Below are positions 38,613 through 48,804 of a DNA stretch of 64,000 nucleotides, piece by piece. A program made the position numbers and the translations under genes. The stretch covers positions 320,001 to 384,000 of the forward strand of contig CBDCXV010000009.1 in assembly GCA_965223905.1 (NCBI GenBank), written 5' to 3'. The notes beneath the pieces are model-generated. The model had not been told where the DNA came from and did not search any database. It saw only the letters and a program-made list of their open reading frames with translations. Every line of letters starts with the position of its first letter. Within the stretch, counting starts at the first letter, position 1. Source of the stretch: Candidatus Latescibacterota bacterium. Its GTDB lineage: Bacteria > Latescibacterota > UBA2968 > UBA8231.

Positions 38613-38634
38613 ACTTTGACGTTAACGTAAAAGT
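38613..38634. promoter_or_regulatory. Palindromic operator resembling a MerR-family (LiuR-type) site
   Basis: ACTTTGACGTTAACGTAAAAGT dyad in an AT-rich patch upstream of the sigma factor gene. Confidence 0.5.
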
Positions 38635-38727
38635 CATGAATTGAAATCGGCGGCGCGGGAACCAGGTATCCGGTGGCGCCGTCCATGAAGACTGTAACCG
38701 CCTTGCCGACAGTCAGGAGATAGGTCG

Positions 38728-39576
38728 ATGCCTGGAACGAAAGAGCGGGACAAGGTCGAGAACCTCACCGAGATCTATTGGCGCGATATCAGGGACACCC
38801 AGCCGCTGAGCCGCCTGGACGAGTTCGACCTGTTCACTCGCATCAAGCAGGGGGATGAAGAGGCGAGGGAAAAGGTCATCACCGCCAATCTCAGGTTCGT
38901 CGTCAGCGTCGCGCGTGAATACAAGGAGTACGGGCTTTCGCTGCTCGAGCTGGTCTCCGAGGGCAACGTCGGTCTTCTCGAGGCGGTCAAGAGATTCGAC
39001 GAGACTCGCGGGTTCAAGTTCATCACCTACGCCGTCTGGTGGATCCGCCAGGCGATCCTCAAGGCCCTCGCCGAACAGGGAAGGATCGCCCGCCCGCCGA
39101 TGAGCCAGGTGAACGACCTGCAGAAACTCGAGAGAGAGGCGGGGGTGCTTTCCCAGCGCCTCGGCCGCGAGCCGACCGACACCGAGCTCCGCGAGCATGT
39201 CGACATCAGCTGGGAGCGAACTCGAAACGCCCGGCGGATATCGCAACAGGACCTCTCCTTCGACGCCCCGGTCTTCCCCGACGAGGACACGACCCTCCAT
39301 GCCGTGATCGGGTCGGACCAGGAGGGTGCCGAGGATGTCCTCCACGAGCGCGAGATGAAAGGCAGGATCGCCGACTGCCTCGAGATCCTCGACGAGCGCG
39401 AGTACCGGATTGTCCGCGACTACTACGGGTTCGGCAGCCTGCCGCCGATGACCCTGGAGGAGATCGGCGGAACCCTGGGTGTCACGCGCGAACGCGTCCG
39501 GCAGCTGCGCAACCGCGCCCTGGAAAAGCTGCGCGACAGCTGCGGGGAAACCCTCGTCCAGCTCTCGGAAAACTAG
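38728..39576 (+). CDS. Sigma-70 family RNA polymerase sigma factor (RpoD/RpoS-like, no region 1.1)
   Basis: ANLRFVVSVAREY, EGNVGL..AV.RFD..RGFKF.TYAVWWIRQAI, TLEEIG..LGVTRERVRQ. Confidence 0.93.
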   Translation: MPGTKERDKVENLTEIYWRDIRDTQPLSRLDEFDLFTRIKQGDEEAREKVITANLRFVVSVAREYKEYGLSLLELVSEGNVGLLEAVKRFDETRGFKFITYAVWWIRQAILKALAEQGRIARPPMSQVNDLQKLEREAGVLSQRLGREPTDTELREHVDISWERTRNARRISQQDLSFDAPVFPDEDTTLHAVIGSDQEGAEDVLHEREMKGRIADCLEILDEREYRIVRDYYGFGSLPPMTLEEIGGTLGVTRERVRQLRNRALEKLRDSCGETLVQLSEN

Positions 39577-39717
39577 GGGTCGCGTCCTCCCGAAAACCGG
39601 GAGTTGACTCGCATGGCGCAGCTTGGGGAACCCTCTTCCCCTCTGCGCATTGCGCCTTTTCCGCCCATTCGGCGCCAGCGCTCCTGCGGTGGGGCGCTCG
39701 GTCACCGATTATCCCAT

Positions 39718-41568
39718 TTATTCCGGCACACCAGCCGGCGGTTCCCCGGACCGCCCGCCACCCGGCGATTTCTCCAGGCGCGGCAGCAGGGCTTCGAGCT
39801 GTTCTACCGGCTCGCGCAGGGTCTCGATGGCGCCGCGCCAGAAGGCCGGGGACTCCAGCTCGCAGGCGACCGTGGAGCGCGCCACCTCCTCGGCGGTAGC
39901 GCTTCCCGTCAGCCGCAGGAACTGCTCGTAGCGCGGCAGAAAGCCGGCTCCCTCCTCCCTGAAGCGGGCGAACAACCCCCGGCTGAGCAGGAATCCGTAG
40001 GTGTAGGGGAAGTTGTAGAAGGTCACTCCGGTGATGTAGAAGTGCAGCTTCGAGGCCCAGAACAGCGGGTCCTCCCCTCCCGGAATCAGCAGGTCGCCGA
40101 ACAGCTCGCGCTGGGTCGAGACCATCAGTTCCTTCAGACGGCTGACCGCGACCTCACCCTCCGAGCGCTCCTCGTGAAAGCGCTTTTCGAACTCGTAGCG
40201 CACCGGGATGTCCATCAGGTAGATGGTCGCGTGAGCGGTCTCCAGGTCGAGGATGCGCGCCTTCTCCTCGTCTCCGATCCCCGGGTCGGCCAGCAGCCCC
40301 TCCGTCAGAATCATCTCGGCAAAGGTCGACGCCGATTCGGCGAGTGTCATCGGGTACTGGTGCGCCAACGGGCGCACTTCCCGCATCACGTGGCTGTGGA
40401 AGGCGTGGCCGGCCTCGTGCGCCAGTGTGCGCACGTCGTTGGCGCTGTCGTTGAAGGTCATGTAGATCCGCGATTCCCGCGTCAGCAGCGAGCCGGTGCA
40501 GAACGCCCCCGGCCGCTTGCCCGCCCGCGGCTCCCATTCGATCCACCCGGCGTCGATCAGGCCGCGGGTGAAGCGGCCGAGCTCGGGATAAGCGCTGGAG
40601 AAGGCCGAGGTGACCAGCTCCCCGGCCTCGGCCCAGGAAATTTCGGGTGACGTCCCGCTCTCCAGGGGCAGGGGCGCTTCGAGATCGTACCAGGCGACCC
40701 CGTCCGTGCCCATGGCCTCCGCCTTGAGCCGCAGGATGCGCCGCGGCAGCTCGGAGGCGTCGAAAATCGCCTCGAACATCGCGTCGAGGGTCTTGCGGGA
40801 GGTGGCCGTCTGAAACAGGGCGACGTCGAGAAAGTGGTCGATGCCGCGATTGCGGTTGAGCGTGAGGCGCGTCCCGGCGATGGCGTTGAGGGCCGCGGCG
40901 GCCACGTCCTCGGCTTCCTCCCAGGCGCGGTTGCCTCCTGCGAAGGCAGCCTGCCGCACCGCCCGGTCCGGGTGGCCGGTCAGGGCCCGCCGCTGGGACA
41001 TCGGCAGGCGCTCGCTGCGGCCGTCCGGCCAGGCCATGTCGAACTCCAGCTTCCCCGACAGGGTGTCGTAGAGACGGCCCCAGGCGTGGATCCCGTCCAC
41101 TGCGAGGTCTGAGGCAACCCGTTCTTCTCCGGGCGCCATGGTGCGCCGCCCCAGCTCGCGGACGCGGGTCAGGAAGTGGGCGCAACCGGCGAGCCCGGGG
41201 GCTTCGAGGAAGGCGGAGAACTCCGCTTCCCCGGCTTGCGCGAGGCCTCGCTTGAGCTCGACGTCCAGCTTTTCCGAGCGCGCCTCGATCAGGGCGAAGG
41301 CCGCTTCCTCTCCCTTGCAGGCCTCGTTGGCGGCGTCGGCCGCGGTCAGGCAGCCGAGGTAAGAGCCCAGGTGGGAAAGCCGGGCCAGCAGCTCCTCGGT
41401 GCGGACGAAGACAGCTACCCAGTCGCCGGTGTTGTCGTCCTGTCCGAGCGGGGCCAGGGAAGCGGCCTCCTGTTCGACGGCATCCAGGTCGCGCTCGAGC
41501 TCCTGCTTGAAGCGGCGCATCTCCGGCCCGTCGAAAGAGGGGAAGTAGCTGCTGAGATCCCAGTTCAT
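39718..41568 (-). CDS. pepF: Oligoendopeptidase F (M3B)
   Basis: WDLS start, GKRPGAFC, TLAHEAGHAFH, TLAESASTFAE, FYNFPYTYG. Confidence 0.9.
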   Translation of the reverse strand: MNWDLSSYFPSFDGPEMRRFKQELERDLDAVEQEAASLAPLGQDDNTGDWVAVFVRTEELLARLSHLGSYLGCLTAADAANEACKGEEAAFALIEARSEKLDVELKRGLAQAGEAEFSAFLEAPGLAGCAHFLTRVRELGRRTMAPGEERVASDLAVDGIHAWGRLYDTLSGKLEFDMAWPDGRSERLPMSQRRALTGHPDRAVRQAAFAGGNRAWEEAEDVAAAALNAIAGTRLTLNRNRGIDHFLDVALFQTATSRKTLDAMFEAIFDASELPRRILRLKAEAMGTDGVAWYDLEAPLPLESGTSPEISWAEAGELVTSAFSSAYPELGRFTRGLIDAGWIEWEPRAGKRPGAFCTGSLLTRESRIYMTFNDSANDVRTLAHEAGHAFHSHVMREVRPLAHQYPMTLAESASTFAEMILTEGLLADPGIGDEEKARILDLETAHATIYLMDIPVRYEFEKRFHEERSEGEVAVSRLKELMVSTQRELFGDLLIPGGEDPLFWASKLHFYITGVTFYNFPYTYGFLLSRGLFARFREEGAGFLPRYEQFLRLTGSATAEEVARSTVACELESPAFWRGAIETLREPVEQLEALLPRLEKSPGGGRSGEPPAGVPE

Positions 41569-41803
41569 TGGCAATGGCTGTGGTTGCGCCGGCCAGCGAG
41601 GGCCGGCTTGTGCGAGTCAGGTGCGGTGACGAGGTCGATGCGGGTCCTGCCGGCGACTACGCCCTGCGCCCGCTACAGGTTGACGGCCGTCGGCTAGTTC
41701 CGCAGCGGTTGGCAAACGGTATGGCGAGCAGCTCGCCGGGGCTCTGCAGGAAGTCGGCCCTCGGGGGGCCGGCGGGACGGGAGGGAGTTGCAGCCGGCGG
41801 AGG

Positions 41804-43690
41804 CTACAGGAATTTGCAGGACTTGACCTCGCGGGAGGAGAGGCGGATGCCCCCCGCCTTCAGGCCGCGAACCGGGTAGTCGGACACGGCGAAAGACTCG
41901 TTCAGCACACGCACCCGGGGCTTCGGCTTGAAGTCGACGGAGACGGTGGCGTCCGGCCTGGTGGTAAGGCGGAGCAGCTTGCAGCCTTCCGGGACCAGCT
42001 CGTACGAGCGGTTGAGGATGAACTTGTCGATGACGCAGCGCTTGATGCAGGGGCGGCCCTTCGGGTCGCGGTAAACGGCGTTGAAGACCGTGTCCTTTTC
42101 GACGAAGCCGCAGTGAAGCATCCCCTTGCCTACGAAGAGCTTGTCGGGAGCGTCGATCACCGAGTAGGAGCCGTCGGCGCGGATCACCAGGACGCGGTCG
42201 TACTGCGACACGTTGAACTGCGCCTGTCCATTCACCTCGTAGCCGAGATAGCCGCTCGCCTTGTCGTAGGCCAGCTTGAGGTCGCGCTTGGCCGCCTCGC
42301 GGACGTCGACCTTTTCCAGGGAGAGTATCTCGGTGCGGCGCGGAAACAGCGGGCGCTGCTTCTCGATCAGGTTTTCGAGAAAGGCGATCGCGTAGGGAAC
42401 GATGTTTTCGAGGTGGTGGGCGACCTGCTTCAACCGCTCTTCGATCTCGTGCGATTCCTTTTTGGCGCGCTCGATGTCGTAGAGCGAGATGCGGCGGATG
42501 GGGATCCTGAGCAGGGTGTCGACGTCGTCGCGGGTAACCTCCCTGCCGATCTCTTCATGGTGGGGCTCCAGGCCGGACAGTACCGCATGCAGGACGGCGT
42601 CGGCGCTCTTCTTGTCCTCGATCTCCTGGTAGATCCGGTTTTCGATGAAGATCCGTTCGAGCGTCCGGGCGTGCAGCCTGTCCTCGAGCCGGCCTCGCTC
42701 CACCCCCAGCTCGGCCTTCAGGATGTCGACGAGCCGGTCGACGTTGTGCCGCAGGATCTCGCCGACGCCCATTTCCCGCGGTTTGTCGCCGTCGATCACC
42801 ACCGGGTTGCAGGACAGGGACAGCTCGCAATCGGTGAAGGCGTAAAGCGCGTCGACCACCTCCTGGCCGTAGACGCCGCGCGGCAGCTTGATCTCGATCT
42901 CGACGTTCTCGGCGGTGTAGTCGTGAATGCTGGAGATCCTGACCTTGTTCTTGCGGGCGGCGTCCTCGATCGAGGCGATCAGCAGCTCCGTCGTCGTGCC
43001 GTAGGGGATCTCGGTGATGACGATCCGCTTGGGATCGGACAGGTCCATGCGCGCCCGCACCAGCACCTTGCCGGTGCCGTCGGCGTACTGCGACACGTCG
43101 GCCATGCCCGCCGTCCGGAAATCCGGGAGGAGCTCGAACTCCCCGTCCTTCATGTAGGCGACCTGCGCCTCGAGCAGCTCGATCAGGTTGTGCGGCAGGA
43201 TGCGCGTCGCCATGCCGACGGCGATCCCTTCGGCTCCCTGCGCCAGCAGCACCGGTAACTTCGCCGGCAGGATCACCGGCTCCTTGTTGCGACCGTCGTA
43301 CGAGTCGACGTACTCGGTGATATCGGGATCGAACAGGACCTCGGAGGCGAGAGGGGACAGGCGGCACTCGATGTAGCGGGCCGCGGAAGCCATGTCGCCG
43401 GTGTAGATGTTGCCGAAGTTCCCCTGCCGGTCGATGAACAGCTCCTTGTTCGCCAGCACGACGAGGGCCGAGTAGATCGAGGCGTCGCCGTGCGGGTGGT
43501 ATCTCATCGTGTGGCCGACGACGTTGGCGACCTTGTGAAACTTGCCGTCGTCGAGCTCGAACAGGGCGTGCAGGATGCGCCGCTGCACCGGTTTGAGTCC
43601 GTCGTCGACGTGTGGGATGGCGCGGTACTTGATCGCGTACGAGGCGTACTCGACGAAGTTCTTCTCGTACAGGGTGTCTACGTAAGCCAT
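41804..43690 (-). CDS. parC: DNA topoisomerase IV subunit A (short Bacteroidota/spirochaete-like type)
   Basis: RAIP..DDGLKPVQRR, YHPHGDAS, QGNFG, AARYIE, GIAVGMAT. Confidence 0.88.
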   Translation of the reverse strand: MAYVDTLYEKNFVEYASYAIKYRAIPHVDDGLKPVQRRILHALFELDDGKFHKVANVVGHTMRYHPHGDASIYSALVVLANKELFIDRQGNFGNIYTGDMASAARYIECRLSPLASEVLFDPDITEYVDSYDGRNKEPVILPAKLPVLLAQGAEGIAVGMATRILPHNLIELLEAQVAYMKDGEFELLPDFRTAGMADVSQYADGTGKVLVRARMDLSDPKRIVITEIPYGTTTELLIASIEDAARKNKVRISSIHDYTAENVEIEIKLPRGVYGQEVVDALYAFTDCELSLSCNPVVIDGDKPREMGVGEILRHNVDRLVDILKAELGVERGRLEDRLHARTLERIFIENRIYQEIEDKKSADAVLHAVLSGLEPHHEEIGREVTRDDVDTLLRIPIRRISLYDIERAKKESHEIEERLKQVAHHLENIVPYAIAFLENLIEKQRPLFPRRTEILSLEKVDVREAAKRDLKLAYDKASGYLGYEVNGQAQFNVSQYDRVLVIRADGSYSVIDAPDKLFVGKGMLHCGFVEKDTVFNAVYRDPKGRPCIKRCVIDKFILNRSYELVPEGCKLLRLTTRPDATVSVDFKPKPRVRVLNESFAVSDYPVRGLKAGGIRLSSREVKSCKFL

Positions 43691-43760
43691 CTCTGTTCAG
43701 TCGGGTTGACGGCCGCGGCCGCTTGAAGCCAGGTCGCGGAAGGCCTGCCGGTGCCGGCCG

Positions 43761-45656
43761 TCAGACGAGGTTCTCCATGATGTACTCGCGGCGCTCGGGG
43801 GTGTTCTTGCCCATGTAGAAGGACATGGTTCCCGGCACCTCGGCAATCGACCGGACGCTGACCTTCACCAGCCGCATGTCGCCGCCGATGAACTGCCCGA
43901 ACTCCTTCGGCGAGATCTCGCCGAGCCCCTTGAACCGCGTCACCTCGGGCTGCTGCATGCCTTCGAGCGCCCGGTCCCGCTCCTTCTCGCTGTAGCAGTA
44001 AACGGTCTCCTTTTTGGACCGTACCCGGAACAGCGGCGTTTCGAGTATGTAGAGATGCCCGGCGATGACGAGCTCCTCGAAGAAATTGAGGAAGAACGTC
44101 ATCAGCAGGTTGCGGATGTGGAAGCCGTCGACGTCGGCGTCGGTGGCGATCACGACGCGTTCGTAGCGCAGGTTCTCGATGCCGTCCTCGATACGGAGGG
44201 CCATCATCAGGTTGAACAGCTCTTCGTTCTTGTAGGTGGCGGCCTTGCCGCGGCCGAACATGTTCTGCGGTTTCCCCTTGAGGGTGAAGATCGCCTGCGT
44301 ATTCGGGTCGCGCGCCGACACGATCGACCCGGCCGCGGACTGCCCTTCGGTCAGGAAGATCGTCGACTCCCCGCCGTGCCTGTGGCCGCGGTGGTACTTG
44401 CAGTCGCGCAGATTCGGATTCCTGATCTGGATTTTGCGGGCGGCGTCCTTGGCCTCCTTCTTAACGGCGTTCAGCTCCTTGCGCAGCTTCTCGTTATGAA
44501 CGATGCGCCCTTCCAGGGTTTCGGCGGCGTCGCGGTTCTTGTGCAGGAAGTCGACGACTGCCCCCTTGACCTCGTTGACGACCCAGCCGCGCAGGTCGGT
44601 GTTGCCGAGCTTGTTCTTGGTCTGCGACTCGAACACCGGATCCCGCAGCTTGAGGGCGACCGCCCCGGCCAGTCCCTCGCGCACGTCGACGCCGCCGTAG
44701 TTCTTGCGGTAGAACTCGTTGACCCCCTTGAGAATCCCTTCGCGGAAGGCGCTCTGATGGGTGCCCCCGTCGCTGGTGAACTGGCCGTTGACGAAGGAGC
44801 GATAGGACTCGCCGTAGCCGTCTATGTGGGTGAAGGCGAACTCGAGCGCCTGCGACCGGAAATAGGCCGGGGGGTAGGTTTCCCCGTCTCCCACCTCGCG
44901 TTTCAGCAGGTCGAGAAGGCCTCCCTTCGACTCGAACTTCTCACCGTCGAGGAACAGCTGCAGGCCCCTGTTGAGGCAGGCGTAGTTCCACAGGCGCCGG
45001 GCGAGGAAATCGCGCTCGTACCTGTATTCTCCGAAGATCTCCTCGTCAGGGGTGAACTCGACCAGGGTGCCGGCCGGCTCGCCCGCGGCCTTGCCCTTCC
45101 TGGTGGAGCCCACCTGGGTACCGCGTTCGAACAGCGCCTCGGCGTATTTGCCGTCGCGGTAGCTGACGACGCGGAACGACCTCGAGAGGGCGTTGACGGC
45201 CTTGGTGCCGACACCGTTCAGGCCGACGCTGAACTGGAACACGTCGTCGTTGTACTTGGCGCCGGTGTTGATGACGGATACGCACTCGACCACCTTGCCG
45301 AGCGGAATGCCGCGCCCGTAGTCGCGCACCCGCACCGCTTCGACCGCGGTCCCGTCCTCGATTGCGATCTCGATCTTCTTTCCGAATCCCATGATGTGCT
45401 CGTCGACGGCGTTGTCGATCACCTCCTTGATCAGCACGTAGATGCCGTCGTCCGGGTCCGACCCGTTGCCGAGGCGCCCGATGTACATGCCGGTGCGCAG
45501 GCGGATGTGCTCGAGAGAGCTGAGGGTCTTGATCTTGCTCTCGTCGTACGCCGAGCCGGGATGTTGCTTGTCGTTCTTTCCGGAGCCGTTGGCGCCGGAT
45601 TTGGAGAACGATATCTCGCTCTGAAGTGTCGTCGAAGTCATGGTTTGCTTTTTCAT
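43761..45656 (-). CDS. parE: DNA topoisomerase IV subunit B
   Basis: EVIDNAVDE, DYGRGIP, GLNGVG, TEGQSA, TDADVDGFHI, RFKGLGEI. Confidence 0.88.
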   Translation of the reverse strand: MKKQTMTSTTLQSEISFSKSGANGSGKNDKQHPGSAYDESKIKTLSSLEHIRLRTGMYIGRLGNGSDPDDGIYVLIKEVIDNAVDEHIMGFGKKIEIAIEDGTAVEAVRVRDYGRGIPLGKVVECVSVINTGAKYNDDVFQFSVGLNGVGTKAVNALSRSFRVVSYRDGKYAEALFERGTQVGSTRKGKAAGEPAGTLVEFTPDEEIFGEYRYERDFLARRLWNYACLNRGLQLFLDGEKFESKGGLLDLLKREVGDGETYPPAYFRSQALEFAFTHIDGYGESYRSFVNGQFTSDGGTHQSAFREGILKGVNEFYRKNYGGVDVREGLAGAVALKLRDPVFESQTKNKLGNTDLRGWVVNEVKGAVVDFLHKNRDAAETLEGRIVHNEKLRKELNAVKKEAKDAARKIQIRNPNLRDCKYHRGHRHGGESTIFLTEGQSAAGSIVSARDPNTQAIFTLKGKPQNMFGRGKAATYKNEELFNLMMALRIEDGIENLRYERVVIATDADVDGFHIRNLLMTFFLNFFEELVIAGHLYILETPLFRVRSKKETVYCYSEKERDRALEGMQQPEVTRFKGLGEISPKEFGQFIGGDMRLVKVSVRSIAEVPGTMSFYMGKNTPERREYIMENLV

Positions 45657-46024
45657 CTCACTCGACCCGGCCGGGAGACAGGCGGGCCAAGCGGCCGCGG
45701 AGAACGGATGGGTTGTCCCGCGGATTTTGCGTTGGACCGGGGATGGAGAAGCGGCGTCACCGGGGAGGCAGCCGACCGACGTTTGCCAAGATAATCACGC
45801 TTGCGGATCGGCGCACCGGGCGCTGCGGCAGGGAGAATTCGGGCTGGCTCTGCCGGGTCGTCTTCCCGTCGTCGGCGGATATGCATGCTCGGGGTCCCGA
45901 TCCTTGGCCGGGAGCACATTCTCACGCCTTCAAACCGCTGCCGGCGGTCGGCCTCGCAACGATACCGGAACTCATTGTTTCGATAACGGCCGCGGGCGCG
46001 ACCGTGTCAAGCAGAGGCGCCGCT

Positions 46025-47251
46025 CTACCGCCGTTTTCCCCGGTGCTCGCGGTGATGCGGCGGTCCGTGGTGCTCCACTCGTCCGGCGCCCCTTTCTTCC
46101 GGCCGGGGCCGGCCGCGGCGACGGCGCCCGCCGGCATGCGACAGGTCCGGCTCGCGCCCCCGCCAGGTCGGCTCGATGCCGTTGGCGTGGAGCAGGCTCT
46201 TAAGGTCCCTGAGGTCGCGATCGGTCACCAGGGTCATGGCGATCCCGGTGCGGCCCATGCGGCCGGTGCGGCCGGTGCGGTGGGTGTAGGTCTCGGCGGT
46301 CCTGGGGAAGTCGTAGTTGATCACGTGGCTCACGTGGGTGAAGTCGAGCCCGCGGCCGGCGACGTCGGTGGCGATCATGTACTTGATCTTGCGCTCGCGG
46401 AAGCGCGTGAACAGCGAGGTGCGGCGATCCTGGGTCAGGCCCCCGTGGATGATTTCGAGCGATTGCAGGCGCCGGCGCAGGTCGCGGTGCAGGTCGCTGG
46501 CCTTGTCGCGGGAGTTGCAGAAGATCAGCGCCTGCCGGATTCCGTCCTCGGTGAGGAAGCTCTCGAGGGCCTTCATGCGGTCGCGGCCGGTGTGCAGGAA
46601 ATGGTGTTGCAGCGATTGCGGCGCCTGCTGCTCGCGGTTGAGCTGAACGCGGACCGGATCGCGTTGGAAGCGCTTGGCCAGGGAGTCGATCTCCGGGGGC
46701 ATGGTCGCCGAGAACATCAGCGTCTGATGCTCCTGCAACAGGCAGGAGAGGATGAAGTCGACGTCCTCGATGAACCCCATCTTCAACATTTCGTCCGCCT
46801 CGTCGAGAACGACGGTGCGGACCTGCGTCAGGTCGAGCCGGGTGTTCCAGATGAAGTCGATGAGGCGGCCGGGCGTCGCCACCAGGATGTGGACCCCGTG
46901 CTTCAACTTGGACTTCTGGATACTCATGTCGAAGCCGCCGAAGACGGCGAAGCAGACGGCTCCGGTGTGCCCGGCGAGGGAGTCGAGCTCCTGCACGTAC
47001 TGGAGTGCGAGCTCCCGCGTCGGGACGAGTATGAGGTACTGTATCGCCCCGGTTTCGGGATCGGCGGCGTTGACCATCGGCACGCCGCAGGCCGCGGTCT
47101 TTCCCGAGCCGGTCTCGGCCAGTCCCAGGAGGTCGCGCCCCTCGAGTATGTGGGGGATGGCTTCCTCCTGGATCGGGGTCATGTCGTCGTACCCCATTTC
47201 GGCGAGGGCCTCGAGGACTTCCGGCTTTAGATCTGTTTCAGTGAATTTCAC
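46025..47251 (-). CDS. DEAD-box RNA helicase (DeaD/CshA-like)
   Basis: AETGSGKT, PTRELA, TPGRL, DEADEML.MGF, SAT, HRTGRTGR. Confidence 0.9.
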   Translation of the reverse strand: MKFTETDLKPEVLEALAEMGYDDMTPIQEEAIPHILEGRDLLGLAETGSGKTAACGVPMVNAADPETGAIQYLILVPTRELALQYVQELDSLAGHTGAVCFAVFGGFDMSIQKSKLKHGVHILVATPGRLIDFIWNTRLDLTQVRTVVLDEADEMLKMGFIEDVDFILSCLLQEHQTLMFSATMPPEIDSLAKRFQRDPVRVQLNREQQAPQSLQHHFLHTGRDRMKALESFLTEDGIRQALIFCNSRDKASDLHRDLRRRLQSLEIIHGGLTQDRRTSLFTRFRERKIKYMIATDVAGRGLDFTHVSHVINYDFPRTAETYTHRTGRTGRMGRTGIAMTLVTDRDLRDLKSLLHANGIEPTWRGREPDLSHAGGRRRRGRPRPEERGAGRVEHHGPPHHREHRGKRR

Positions 47252-47626
47252 GTAGGGTTGATACTCCTTGCAGGGTGATATGCGCGTCCGCACCGTGGCG
47301 ACGGACTGTTTGGTGCTTTGGGTTCGAGGAGCTGGGAACTGCCGCCGGGGGCCGGCAATCAGCTGGCGTCTGCGGTGGGAGACTATAAAGGTAGGGACAG
47401 GGACCGAACCGGTAAAATCCGAGCGCGCGGATCACGCGGTCCGGCCTAGGTGAATCCGCTGCGGCTCGCCAGCGCCGGGCCCGTTCCGGGCCCGGCGCCC
47501 CCCCTCCGCGAAGATCGCCGCGGCGAGCCGCAATCGCCGGCATCGGCTGCTGTCCCGGAGAATCGGTCCTCCCGGCAGCCCACGGCCGCCCGGATTCGGG
47601 AGTCAGCCAGGCAACGTGCGCGCGGC

Positions 47627-48667
47627 TCAGATTCCTCCCAGCACCGACTGGGTCTGCTTTTCCACCTCGTCCCAGTCGAACTCGGCGCCCAGACCGGGGC
47701 CCTGCGGAACCGGAAGGTGGCCGTTCTCCACCGCGAGGGGATTGACGATCAGGGGCTCTCCCCCCTGTGACCCGGTCGCCGTGGTTTCGTAGAAGGTGCA
47801 GTTCCTGATGGCGCCGATGACGTGGGCGTGAACGAACCCGTGCATCACTCCGCGCGAGGTGATCTCGCAGTTCATGCCGAACGCTTCCGCGAGGCGGGCG
47901 ATCATGAGCATGTCGGTGATGCCGCCGCGCCAGGGGACGCTGGCGCGCACGATGTCCACCGCCTGTTGGGCTACCAGCTGCGAGGTGGAGTAGATGGTTC
48001 CAGGCAGGTACTCGGTGGCGGCGATCGGGATGTCGAGGGCCGCGGCGAGCTTCTTGAGCCCCATGAGGTCGAAGTCCCTCAGCGGCTCCTCGAACCAGAA
48101 GTACTCCTCTTCCTGCAGGACGCGGCCGACGCGCAGGGCATCGCTGAACACGTACTGCTGCACGGCGTCGTGCATCAGGTGGAAATCAGGGCCGACGGCG
48201 CGCCGGGATTCCCGCGCCACCTCCATCATCATTTCCGGCGGATTGTCGCGGAAGTGGTCCTTGTAGCCGTAGAACCCCTCATCCCGGGCCTGCACCGCCT
48301 CGGCGACGAAGCGCTCCACCGTGTCGAAGTTGGGGCCCATCTTGTAGGCGGGGATCGAGTCGCGGAATCCGCCGATGAGCCGGTACACCGGCAGGCCGGT
48401 CGCCTTCCCGAGCAGGTCCCAGATGGCGACGTCGACGTGCCCGCGCACCGGTTGCGGCAGGTACTGGAAGCGGTCGCGGCGGCTCAGCTCCTCCCAGATG
48501 CGCTGGCGGTCGAACGGGTCCTGGCCGATCAGGTAGTCGCGGTAGGCCGACTGAATGTGCCGTGCGGTGTTCTCGTCCAGTCCGAGACAGCAGCCCTCGA
48601 TGCCCTCGTCGGTGCCGATGCGCAGGAGCCCGATCGGCTGGTGGATGCGGATGTCGGTGATTTTCAT
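47627..48667 (-). CDS. Mandelate racemase/muconate lactonizing (enolase superfamily) enzyme
   Basis: VDVAIWDLLGK, GYKDH, LMHDA, WFEEP, IAATE. Confidence 0.9.
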   Translation of the reverse strand: MKITDIRIHQPIGLLRIGTDEGIEGCCLGLDENTARHIQSAYRDYLIGQDPFDRQRIWEELSRRDRFQYLPQPVRGHVDVAIWDLLGKATGLPVYRLIGGFRDSIPAYKMGPNFDTVERFVAEAVQARDEGFYGYKDHFRDNPPEMMMEVARESRRAVGPDFHLMHDAVQQYVFSDALRVGRVLQEEEYFWFEEPLRDFDLMGLKKLAAALDIPIAATEYLPGTIYSTSQLVAQQAVDIVRASVPWRGGITDMLMIARLAEAFGMNCEITSRGVMHGFVHAHVIGAIRNCTFYETTATGSQGGEPLIVNPLAVENGHLPVPQGPGLGAEFDWDEVEKQTQSVLGGI

Positions 48668-48804
48668 TGCTTGCCTTCGCCTGGTTCGTCGGAGCGGTAT
48701 CCGGAAACGGGAAATACCGGCTGCTGCAGGAGCCGAGTCAACATATGCCCGCGTGGATGCACATCCCCGACCTGATCGCACCAGGCACCCGGGCCGTTCG
48801 CCAA

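Noticed and set aside
38728-39576. Primary rpoD call
   Set aside because: Short, lacks region 1.1, has a divergent region 2.4-3 and no dnaG context; left as a paralogue without a symbol.
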